A DNA stretch of 35,349 bases from Eubacteriales bacterium. Its GTDB lineage: Bacteria > Bacillota > Clostridia > Christensenellales > Aristaeellaceae. Numbering within the stretch: the stretch's first letter is position 1; each line of letters begins with the position of its first letter. Positions 29,213-35,349 of this stretch are shown in pieces. Under the pieces are notes generated by a model. That model did not search any database and was not told where the DNA came from. It was given only the letters and a program-made list of their open reading frames with translations. The position numbers were made by a program, and so were the translations under genes. The DNA lies in contig JAVBTW010000276.1 of the NCBI GenBank assembly GCA_031555975.1, forward strand, positions 1 through 35,349. The letters run 5' to 3'.

Positions 29213-29377
29213 TTACTTCACGATCTCGCTCGCCTTCTTCATCGCCGCATCCTTTGCCATCGTCGCCACCTTCGCCACTCGCATTTTCTGCTGCGTGTTC
29301 ATCGCTCCGTATGCCCACAGCGCGCCCGCGCCCATCAGCATGCCTGCAGCGACGCCTTTGATCACACCATTCGCCAT
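29213..29377 (-). CDS. Unannotated 54-aa small membrane protein (Gly-zipper TM + amphipathic Lys/Ala helix, YtxH-like)
   Basis: It is absent from the ORF track because it is under 60 aa. Hand translation gives MANGVIKGVAAGMLMGAGALWAYGAMNTQQKMRVAKVATMAKDAAMKKASEIVK. GGAGGGGA lies 7 nt upstream, and the ATG is 3 nt after the stop of the PRC-barrel gene. Confidence 0.6.
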   Translation of the reverse strand: MANGVIKGVAAGMLMGAGALWAYGAMNTQQKMRVAKVATMAKDAAMKKASEIVK

Positions 29378-29380
29378 TCG

Positions 29381-29818
29381 TCAGTCCCCTCCCTTCTCCT
29401 CGTCGAAAATCACATCTCCACTGTCCGTTTGAACCCGATATTGCCGGATCCAGCGCCTGCCCGTCAGTATGTCGTCGATGTACCCAAGGCTCAGCAGCAG
29501 CGCATCAACCTGGCCCGTCCGCTCGTCAATCATCGCGCCGGCCACCGCGCCGCGCGTTCCGCCGTCCGTCGATAGCGCCCGCCGCCTCAGCGGTGCGGCC
29601 TGTCCCGATCGCTTTCCCGGCGTGTGCGTGATGATCGACACCTCACCCATCAGCTCCACATCGCCCGCTGGGATGAAACGGCTCCCACGGATGCCGCAGT
29701 CCACAACCACCCCGGACATGCACGTCAGGTCCTCGCTCAGCTCCACACCGGACGCCCGCCCAATGCGTTTGCCCGCGCAGATCACCGGTAGGCCCACCAG
29801 ATTTCGCAAATCCTTCAT
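29381..29818 (-). CDS. PRC-barrel domain protein (YlmC/YmxH-like, apparently two barrels)
   Basis: LVGLPVICAGKRIGRASGVELSEDL...VVVDCG resembles the YlmC/YmxH PRC barrel. A second similar segment is GAVAGAMIDERTGQVDALLL. The start was trimmed to the ATG at 29818, after GGGAGGTGG. Confidence 0.7.
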   Translation of the reverse strand: MKDLRNLVGLPVICAGKRIGRASGVELSEDLTCMSGVVVDCGIRGSRFIPAGDVELMGEVSIITHTPGKRSGQAAPLRRRALSTDGGTRGAVAGAMIDERTGQVDALLLSLGYIDDILTGRRWIRQYRVQTDSGDVIFDEEKGGD

Positions 29819-29965
29819 CGACAACCACCTCCCAGCCGCACAGAAAAATCCGGCACACTTTAGCTTGCGCAGCATGCCGGACAGATAGACTGGCAGATAT
29901 TGAAACACATAACCGCGGCGTGGCCCCGACGACGCTCGGTGCGCATTCCGTAAACCATTGGCGTT

Positions 29966-30889
29966 TTATGCATCAACGTCCAGATCGTCGCCGCCAAGCC
30001 GGCGCACCCATGCCACGAACCTCGGCTCCGGGGCCGTGGTGAACCTCATCATCTCGCCCGTCTCCGGATGCAAAAAACCCAACCTGTACGCGCACAAAAG
30101 CTGCCCGCCGACCACCTCCACCGGCGCCTTCTTCGGTCCGTATAGCGGGTCGCCCGCCACCGGATGACCAATAGACGCCATGTGCACCCGAATTTGATGT
30201 GTGCGGCCCGTCGTGAGCCTGCATTCCACCAGACACGCGCCCCGCAGCCGCTGCAGCACCCGCCAGTGCGTGCCCGCCTCGCGCCCGCCCTGAACGACCG
30301 CCATCTTCTTCCGGTCTTTTGGACTTCGCCCAATCGGGGCGTCCACAAACCCCTCATCGTCCTTGAGGTTGCCCAAGACCACCGCCAAGTACGCCCGTTC
30401 CAAGCTGTGCGCCTTGATCTGATCCGCCAGCGCGGCATGGCTCCTGTCGTTCTTCGCGACCAGCAACAGCCCGCTTGTGTCCTTGTCGATGCGATGCACG
30501 ATCCCGGGCCGAATTTCACCGCCGATGCCCGACAACCCATCCAAATGATACAGCAGCGCGTTCACCAGCGTCCCGTCGTGATTGCCCGCAGCCGGATGCA
30601 CCACCATGCCGCTCGGCTTTTCGATCACCGCCAGGTCGCGGTCCTCATACACGATCCTCAGGTCCAACGGTTGCGCCTCCATGTGTGACTCGCGCGGCAT
30701 CGGTTTTGTAAACTCCAGCGCCTGTCCGGCGCGCAGCGCAAAACCCGCCTTCGTCTCCGCGCGTCCGTTCACACTGGCCTCACCCGCCTTGATGTACTGC
30801 GCGGCTTGGGAGCGCGTCATATCCATGGCCTCCGACAGGAACACGTCCAGCCGCCTGCCCTCGTCCGCCGGCCCGATCGTCCACAGCAC
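29966..30889 (-). CDS. rluD: RluA-family 23S rRNA pseudouridine synthase (RluD type) with N-terminal S4 domain
   Basis: It has an S4 domain (RLDVFLSE...SRSQAAQYIKAGEASVNG), the catalytic HRIDKDTSGLLLVAKN and the HQIRVH motif. It starts with GTG. Confidence 0.92.
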   Translation of the reverse strand: MLWTIGPADEGRRLDVFLSEAMDMTRSQAAQYIKAGEASVNGRAETKAGFALRAGQALEFTKPMPRESHMEAQPLDLRIVYEDRDLAVIEKPSGMVVHPAAGNHDGTLVNALLYHLDGLSGIGGEIRPGIVHRIDKDTSGLLLVAKNDRSHAALADQIKAHSLERAYLAVVLGNLKDDEGFVDAPIGRSPKDRKKMAVVQGGREAGTHWRVLQRLRGACLVECRLTTGRTHQIRVHMASIGHPVAGDPLYGPKKAPVEVVGGQLLCAYRLGFLHPETGEMMRFTTAPEPRFVAWVRRLGGDDLDVDA

Positions 30890-30890
30890 A

Positions 30891-31352
30891 TCAAGCCCTC
30901 CCTTTATCCGCCCGCAAGATGCCGATCACCGCCATGACCGCGCCGCACACCACAAACACATCCGCCAGGTTGAACACGGCGAAACTGACGAACACCGGCT
31001 CCAGGTAGTCGATCACCTTGCCATACGCGATGCGGTCATACAGGTTGCCCAATCCCCCGCCCAGCACCGTCGCCAGCGCGAGCCATGTCAGCTTGTCCGC
31101 ATGGTTCGCCCGGATCAAATACAGCAGCAGGCCCAGCATGATCAGCCCAGTCAGCCCGATCAACAGCACCGAGTTCCCCGCGAACAACGAAAACGCTGCG
31201 CCGTCGTTCTCGATGTACCGGAGCCGCAGCACACCTGGGATCAGCTCCATATATCCGCCCGGCCGGTGCGCAAGGTCCTGCGCCGCCCAGATCTTTAACG
31301 CCCGGTCCAGAAAAAAGAAGATCGGCACCATCATCAGCCACCGCTTTTTCAT
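30891..31352 (-). CDS. lspA: Lipoprotein signal peptidase II
   Basis: It has 4 TM helices, NDGAAFS and VFNLADVFV motifs, and the lspA-rluD synteny. Confidence 0.92.
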   Translation of the reverse strand: MKKRWLMMVPIFFFLDRALKIWAAQDLAHRPGGYMELIPGVLRLRYIENDGAAFSLFAGNSVLLIGLTGLIMLGLLLYLIRANHADKLTWLALATVLGGGLGNLYDRIAYGKVIDYLEPVFVSFAVFNLADVFVVCGAVMAVIGILRADKGRA

Positions 31353-31364
31353 GCGTGTCCTCCA

Positions 31365-31646
31365 CTATTTCATTCGCGCCTTCACCACGTTGACCACCTC
31401 GGCCAGAAAATCGCCGATCACCGGTATGTTATAAGCGATCACCTGCTGCAACACCACGATCACAACCGCCGACAGCAGCGTAAAGCCGATCGCGCTGCCA
31501 AGCCCGCGGGCAAGCCCAATCAGCAGATTGTTCCAGAACAGCTTTCGCTTGTCCCTCACATAATCAAGGTACTCCGCCAGCTCCATCCGCTCAAAATTTT
31601 CGAGCAGTTGTTCAAGCTGCGCAACTGTCTTTTCTTTCACGGACAT
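31365..31646 (-). CDS. DUF5665 family small membrane protein
   Basis: AEYLDYVRDKRKLFWNNLLIGLARGLGSAIGFTLLSAVV...NIPVIGDFLAEVV matches the family. The track ORF (to 31826) was trimmed to the ATG at 31646, after GGAGGTG. Confidence 0.8.
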   Translation of the reverse strand: MSVKEKTVAQLEQLLENFERMELAEYLDYVRDKRKLFWNNLLIGLARGLGSAIGFTLLSAVVIVVLQQVIAYNIPVIGDFLAEVVNVVKARMK

Positions 31647-31728
31647 GAACACACCTCCGCCATATAGAGGGAAGTATGCCCAAGAGAGGGCCAATCGATT
31701 GATCGCGCACATCGTTCGTCCAGCAACA

Positions 31729-31754
31729 AGGCTGCCCCATTTCTGAGGCAGCCT
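31729..31754 (-). terminator. Weak candidate terminator after divIVA
   Basis: The minus strand reads AGGCTGCC, a 10-nt loop, GGCAGCCT, then TGTTGCT. The stem is short and the U-tract is interrupted. Confidence 0.35.
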
Positions 31755-31776
31755 CACACAGCTCTCGATGTGCTTC

Positions 31777-32346
31777 CTAATCGGCCTTTTTGTCCGCTTC
31801 GGGCTTGACTTCTTCCTCATCCACATTGATGGCGGCCATTTGGTCCTTCACCATGCGCAGGAATCGGCCCTTGTAGTCCTCGTGCGCCTTTTTCAGCGAT
31901 TCCAGCTCCACGCGCGCATTCTGGGCGGCAGTGGTGGCTTCGGTTGCGATTTTGCGCGCTTGGTCCTCTGCACCGGACACCAGATCTTTGGCCTTGACGC
32001 GGGCCTCGGCGACGGTGTTGTCGGCGATGCGCTGGGCGGAGAGCAGGGTCTCGCGCAGCGTGGCCTCGAGGTTGCGGAAATAGCTGGGCTCATCCACGGG
32101 CACCTGATCGACGGCCTTGACGGGCGCCTGATAGGCTTCTTGGACCGGCACGGCCACGACTTGGGACTCAGCGGTGGGCTGAGCAGTGTGTGCCTCGGCC
32201 AACTGGTCCATCAGGGACCGGTTTTCGCGAATCAGCTCTTCCATCTGGTCGGCGATCTCGTCGAGGAAATCGTCCACCTCGTCCTCATGATAGCCGTGCT
32301 TTTGCTTGCTAAATTCTTTCTCGCGGATGTCCTTCACGGTGATCAT
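31777..32346 (-). CDS. divIVA: Cell-division/polarity protein DivIVA
   Basis: It has the N-terminal lipid-binding domain MITVKDIREKEFSKQKHGYHEDEVDDFLDEI followed by coiled coil. It lies in the ylmH-divIVA synteny. Confidence 0.93.
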   Translation of the reverse strand: MITVKDIREKEFSKQKHGYHEDEVDDFLDEIADQMEELIRENRSLMDQLAEAHTAQPTAESQVVAVPVQEAYQAPVKAVDQVPVDEPSYFRNLEATLRETLLSAQRIADNTVAEARVKAKDLVSGAEDQARKIATEATTAAQNARVELESLKKAHEDYKGRFLRMVKDQMAAINVDEEEVKPEADKKAD

Positions 32347-32524
32347 CTGTCAAACTCTCCTTCTATGCAAAAACTGCGTTTGTCCATTGGACGCACGGAC
32401 GCGCCATTTCGTCGCATCATCCACGCGGACAGCATTGTCCGATTCGTGTGTAATTCGAGACGCCAGACGCGGAGTCCTGCTTTTTAACAAAAATTCAACG
32501 GGGACATGGGCAGCAAGCGCACAC

Positions 32525-33265
32525 TCATCCACCGTATCGAAACACCACCGCGCCGACGCGGCCTTTTTTGGTCTCCCCTTGCACCTCCATGAGCTTCAGC
32601 CGCCCATGCCCGCGCACGGACACCAAATCGCCCCGCTCCAACTTCCGGTCGCCCTTCAGGCACACCAGATGATTGAGCTTGACCATGCCGCGCGCAATCA
32701 GCGCTTGGGCATCGGCGCGGCTCAGATCGTAGCCCTCGGCCACCAGCGCATCCAACCGCATCGACGCAAGCGTGACCCGAAACTGGCGTCCCACGGGCTC
32801 GGCCACTTGCGCTGCAGTGAGGTCCACTTCGCATACGGACAGCTTGGACCGGCCGGCGCTGTCCAGGTTCGCGGTCACATATGGCGACACCTCGGAGAGC
32901 AGAAACAAATATGCACAGTCCGCGCTCATCTGAATGTCGCCCATGGTGCTGCGCTCCACTCCCAGTCCCATCAGCGCGCCCAGCACATCCCGATGGCCCG
33001 GCGCACCGTATTTGGGGTTCCATCCGATCCGCAGACACGCCACCGGCCATTCGCATGCCGCCACATCCCCATCGCCAGAAAACCCGGCGACGCGCCGCTC
33101 GGCCTCGTCATACCCGCCGAACGCAAAGAAAGAGGCGCCAGCCTCGCGGGCAGCCGCCTGGGCGAAGGGCAGCTCCGCAGGGTCCAAAAACCGCGAAAAG
33201 CGCGGCTCCCCGGTTCTCAGGGAGGCGCGCGCGATGTCCAGCATTCGCCGCTGTAACGCTTCCAT
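32525..33265 (-). CDS. ylmH: YlmH-family RNA-binding protein (S4 domain)
   Basis: It has an RFLDPAE-type N-terminus and a C-terminal S4 fold (RLDALVAEGYDLSRADAQALIARGMVKLN). It sits between yggT and divIVA. Confidence 0.85.
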   Translation of the reverse strand: MEALQRRMLDIARASLRTGEPRFSRFLDPAELPFAQAAAREAGASFFAFGGYDEAERRVAGFSGDGDVAACEWPVACLRIGWNPKYGAPGHRDVLGALMGLGVERSTMGDIQMSADCAYLFLLSEVSPYVTANLDSAGRSKLSVCEVDLTAAQVAEPVGRQFRVTLASMRLDALVAEGYDLSRADAQALIARGMVKLNHLVCLKGDRKLERGDLVSVRGHGRLKLMEVQGETKKGRVGAVVFRYGG

Positions 33266-33268
33266 GGT

Positions 33269-33574
33269 CTATGCGAACAATGATAGGACGAACGGATACA
33301 GGAACCGCCACATCAGCGAATCCACGATCTGCAGCGCGATCAACGCAAACCAGGCGCTCAGGTCAATCCGCAGCCCGATCTTGTACATCAGCTTCATCGA
33401 GATCGACTTAAACGGCGCGACAAACGGCCAAACCAGGTTGCGCAGAAAAGTATAGACCTTGCTCGACGGCATCAGAATCCAACTGCACAGGCAATAGGCA
33501 AGGATCGCATAGTCGATCACCCGCAGAAAGATGGAGATGCCCCGAAAGAGATTTGTGATCAGTTGGTATGGCAA
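33269..33574 (-). CDS. yggT: YggT/YlmG family membrane protein
   Basis: It has a YggT-like sequence and size (VIDYAILAYCLCSW...). The track ORF was trimmed to the TTG at 33574, 6 nt after GGAGGGA. Confidence 0.8.
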   Translation of the reverse strand: MPYQLITNLFRGISIFLRVIDYAILAYCLCSWILMPSSKVYTFLRNLVWPFVAPFKSISMKLMYKIGLRIDLSAWFALIALQIVDSLMWRFLYPFVLSLFA

Positions 33575-33588
33575 TGTGGCTCCCTCCG

Positions 33589-34443
33589 TCAATACCGTTC
33601 GTCGCTGCTCGACTCCACCGTCACGCTGTTCGGCGCGATCAGATAGGTCTTGTCCGAAGCCTTGCGCAGTGTCGCGTTCAGCGCGAACGCGGCCCCGCAA
33701 AGCGTGTCAATCCCGCGCTGAATCAGCCGCTCGTCCATGTCTTCCAAATTGAGCAGCACCGTTTTGTTGTCCAACAGCGCCGTGATCACCTCGCGGCACT
33801 CTTCCAATTGATGCAAATAAAAGATCATCGTTTCCGCGCGCCCCGAGCCTTCGCGCAACCGGACCACGTTGTCTCGCACCGGCTCTTCCCGCGGCTCCGG
33901 CATGCGCGGCGCATTATCCCGCCCCGCGCTCCTCTGCGGCGGATAGTCGTCATACCTGGGTGCGGCTTGCCGAGGCTGCTGATAATTGCGCGGCTGATAA
34001 CCGTCGCGGGGCTGGTAGCTGTCGCGCGCATAGTCCGCCTGGCGATAGCTGTCCTGGCGCTGCGGTCCCCTGTCATATTCGTTTTGACGCCGCATCGCCG
34101 CGCCGCTGGACCTGGACCCGTTGTAGGCGGGTTCACGGCTCGGTTGGCGGTAATCGCGCTGTGGCGGATAGTCGTCATAACGCGTCTGGCTCTGGTACCG
34201 GGACGACGAAGGAGAACCCTGGTACCGGTCGTCGTAGCCGCGGCTTGCCTGCGGATAGCGCGGCTCGTCAAACTCCTGGCCACGCACGGGCCGGGCATTC
34301 GTCTGGCTGCGACGCGCGGGTGGGTTGTACGTCGAGGCACCCTGCGGGCGGCCATCGTCGTAAACGTTGCCCTGGTCCTCAGACTCGTCCACCAACCCAA
34401 TGAAGTTCAGCAAGCGATTAAAGCGGCTATTGTTTCGCGCCAT
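33589..34443 (-). CDS. sepF: Cell division protein SepF with an expanded low-complexity linker
   Basis: The N-terminus is an amphipathic membrane-targeting helix (FNRLLNFIGL). The C-terminal SepF core is MIFYLHQLEECREVITALLDNKTVLLNLEDMDERLIQRGIDTLCGAAFALNATL. About 180 aa of Arg/Tyr/Asp/Pro/Gln-rich linker lie in between. Confidence 0.88.
   Translation of the reverse strand: MARNNSRFNRLLNFIGLVDESEDQGNVYDDGRPQGASTYNPPARRSQTNARPVRGQEFDEPRYPQASRGYDDRYQGSPSSSRYQSQTRYDDYPPQRDYRQPSREPAYNGSRSSGAAMRRQNEYDRGPQRQDSYRQADYARDSYQPRDGYQPRNYQQPRQAAPRYDDYPPQRSAGRDNAPRMPEPREEPVRDNVVRLREGSGRAETMIFYLHQLEECREVITALLDNKTVLLNLEDMDERLIQRGIDTLCGAAFALNATLRKASDKTYLIAPNSVTVESSSDERY
33931..33957 (-). repeat. In-frame repeat unit RYDDYPPQR (copy 2) in the SepF linker
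   Basis: The minus strand reads AGGTATGACGACTATCCGCCGCAGAGG. Its TATGACGACTATCCGCCNCAG core matches the unit at 34156-34182. Confidence 0.85.
34156..34182 (-). repeat. In-frame repeat unit RYDDYPPQR (copy 1) in the SepF linker
   Basis: The minus strand reads CGTTATGACGACTATCCGCCACAGCGC. Confidence 0.85.
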
Positions 34444-34486
34444 GCGGTTTGACCCTCCTAATTAACTGTCGTCGGCATTGTGTAAT

Positions 34487-35170
34487 CTACCGCGAGCCAA
34501 AGATCGATGAGCCCACGCGCACCATTGTCGCGCCTTCATCGGCGGCCACCTGGTAGTCGCCCGACATGCCCATCGACAGGCATTCCATTTCTACACCGGT
34601 TATGTCCAAATCTCGCAATCGGTCAAACCATTCGCGCATCCTGCGAAAATGGGGCCTGACCCGCTCCGGGTCGTGCTCAAGCGGCATGATCGCCATCAAA
34701 CCCGACACCCGAAGTCCGTCCATCCGCGCACATTCCAGGACCAGCCGCATCAGCCCGTCTTCCAAAACACCGCTCTTTTGTGGCTCTTGCGCGATGTTCA
34801 CCTGGACCAGCACCGGCATCCGAAAAGCCAGTCCTTGCGCCCGCCGGTCGATCTCACGCGCCAGCTCAATCCTGTCCAGTGATTGAATCATCGCGGCGCG
34901 GTCTATGATGTATTTTACTTTATTCGTCTGCAATTGTCCAATCATATGCAGCCGAAATTGTGGATTTAACGCTGGCAATTTCTGCATGGCTTCCTGAACA
35001 CGGTTCTCGCCGATGTCCAGAATGCCGCATTCACGAGCCATGTTGACGGTCTCCGCGTCCACCGTCTTGGTGACCGCGCACAGCGTCACCGCTCGGCCCC
35101 ACTTCGCTTCCGCCGACGCAAGGTTTGCGCGCACGGCCTCCACATTGGCCCTCAGGCGCTCTGGCGTCAT
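34487..35170 (-). CDS. yggS: YggS/YlmE family pyridoxal-phosphate homeostasis protein
   Basis: It has LCAVTKTV (the PLP lysine), GENRVQE and HMIGQLQTNKVKY motifs. The start was trimmed to the ATG at 35170, which overlaps the upstream stop (ATGA). Confidence 0.9.
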   Translation of the reverse strand: MTPERLRANVEAVRANLASAEAKWGRAVTLCAVTKTVDAETVNMARECGILDIGENRVQEAMQKLPALNPQFRLHMIGQLQTNKVKYIIDRAAMIQSLDRIELAREIDRRAQGLAFRMPVLVQVNIAQEPQKSGVLEDGLMRLVLECARMDGLRVSGLMAIMPLEHDPERVRPHFRRMREWFDRLRDLDITGVEMECLSMGMSGDYQVAADEGATMVRVGSSIFGSR

Positions 35171-35349
35171 TGCAACAGCACCACCTGTCCCAGCCTCAGC
35201 GTCCCCTCGACCATGGGCTCGATCAACGAGTAGTTGGGTTCCCGCTTTAGCACTTCGACCTGCACCGGTGTCGCGCCCGCCGCATCCTTGAGCCACACGA
35301 CCGTCTGACCATTCTGCTCTGAAATCGCGCTGCTGGGCACGGTGAACCC
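35167..35349 (-). CDS. 3' end of an upstream gene (60 aa visible), function unassigned
   Basis: This open frame runs off the window edge: GFTVPSSAISEQNGQTVVWLKDAAGATPVQVEVLKREPNYSLIEPMVEGTLRLGQVVLLQ*. It resembles the C-terminal beta-domain of HlyD/membrane-fusion-type proteins, but the visible part is too short to call. It is translationally coupled to yggS. Confidence 0.5.
   Translation of the reverse strand, partial: GFTVPSSAISEQNGQTVVWLKDAAGATPVQVEVLKREPNYSLIEPMVEGTLRLGQVVLLQ

Noticed and set aside
31647-31826. N-terminal extensions of track ORFs: 31365-31826, 33269-33700, 34487-35296, 2824-2916, 2969-3067, 6927-7004, 21120-21137, 21298-21405, 23641-23688, 27945-27962 and 29819-29908.
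   Set aside because: In each case an internal start codon has a proper Shine-Dalgarno sequence at 5-10 nt and gives a protein of family-typical length. The extensions overlap neighbouring genes or regulatory elements.

Overview
High-GC chromosomal segment from an endospore-forming Firmicute, Clostridia-like by gene content. No taxon can be assigned without a search. Almost all of the window is coding. From the left: a class A PBP; yunB; a metG-tatD operon behind a Met T-box leader; an XRE/S24 repressor-like gene coupled to ispE; a spoIIR-sleB-ypeB forespore/germination cluster; and degV. Next comes a co-directional accessory run of an ABC exporter, a 1137-aa hybrid histidine kinase and a GH2 beta-galactosidase. 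Then follow an aldo-keto reductase with a [4Fe-4S] tail, a solitary tRNA-Lys(UUU) and spo0A. After the kinase-like pair described below come the ireB-ruvX-DUF1292 operon and an AI-2E transporter. The right end is the distal division-cluster block: yggS(ylmE)-sepF-yggT-ylmH-divIVA, DUF5665, lspA, rluD, a PRC-barrel protein and a small unannotated ORF. The most interesting locus lies divergent from spo0A. It holds two tandem paralogous polytopic membrane proteins with a Spo0B/AgrC-type helical His domain plus a GHKL domain. Their catalytic motifs are degenerate in a complementary way: one keeps the H-box His but lacks the ATP-lid, the other keeps the ATP-lid but lacks the canonical His. They share a 443-bp AT-rich intergenic region with spo0A that carries two near-consensus promoters and four Spo0A-box matches. 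A dispersed palindromic repeat family (core GTCATCCTGAGCGCAGCGAAGGATCTCCCC) has seven copies, none inside a called gene. I saw no CRISPR array, transposase, integrase or prophage signature. Many long ORFs in the track are antisense shadows of real genes, as expected in GC-rich DNA.
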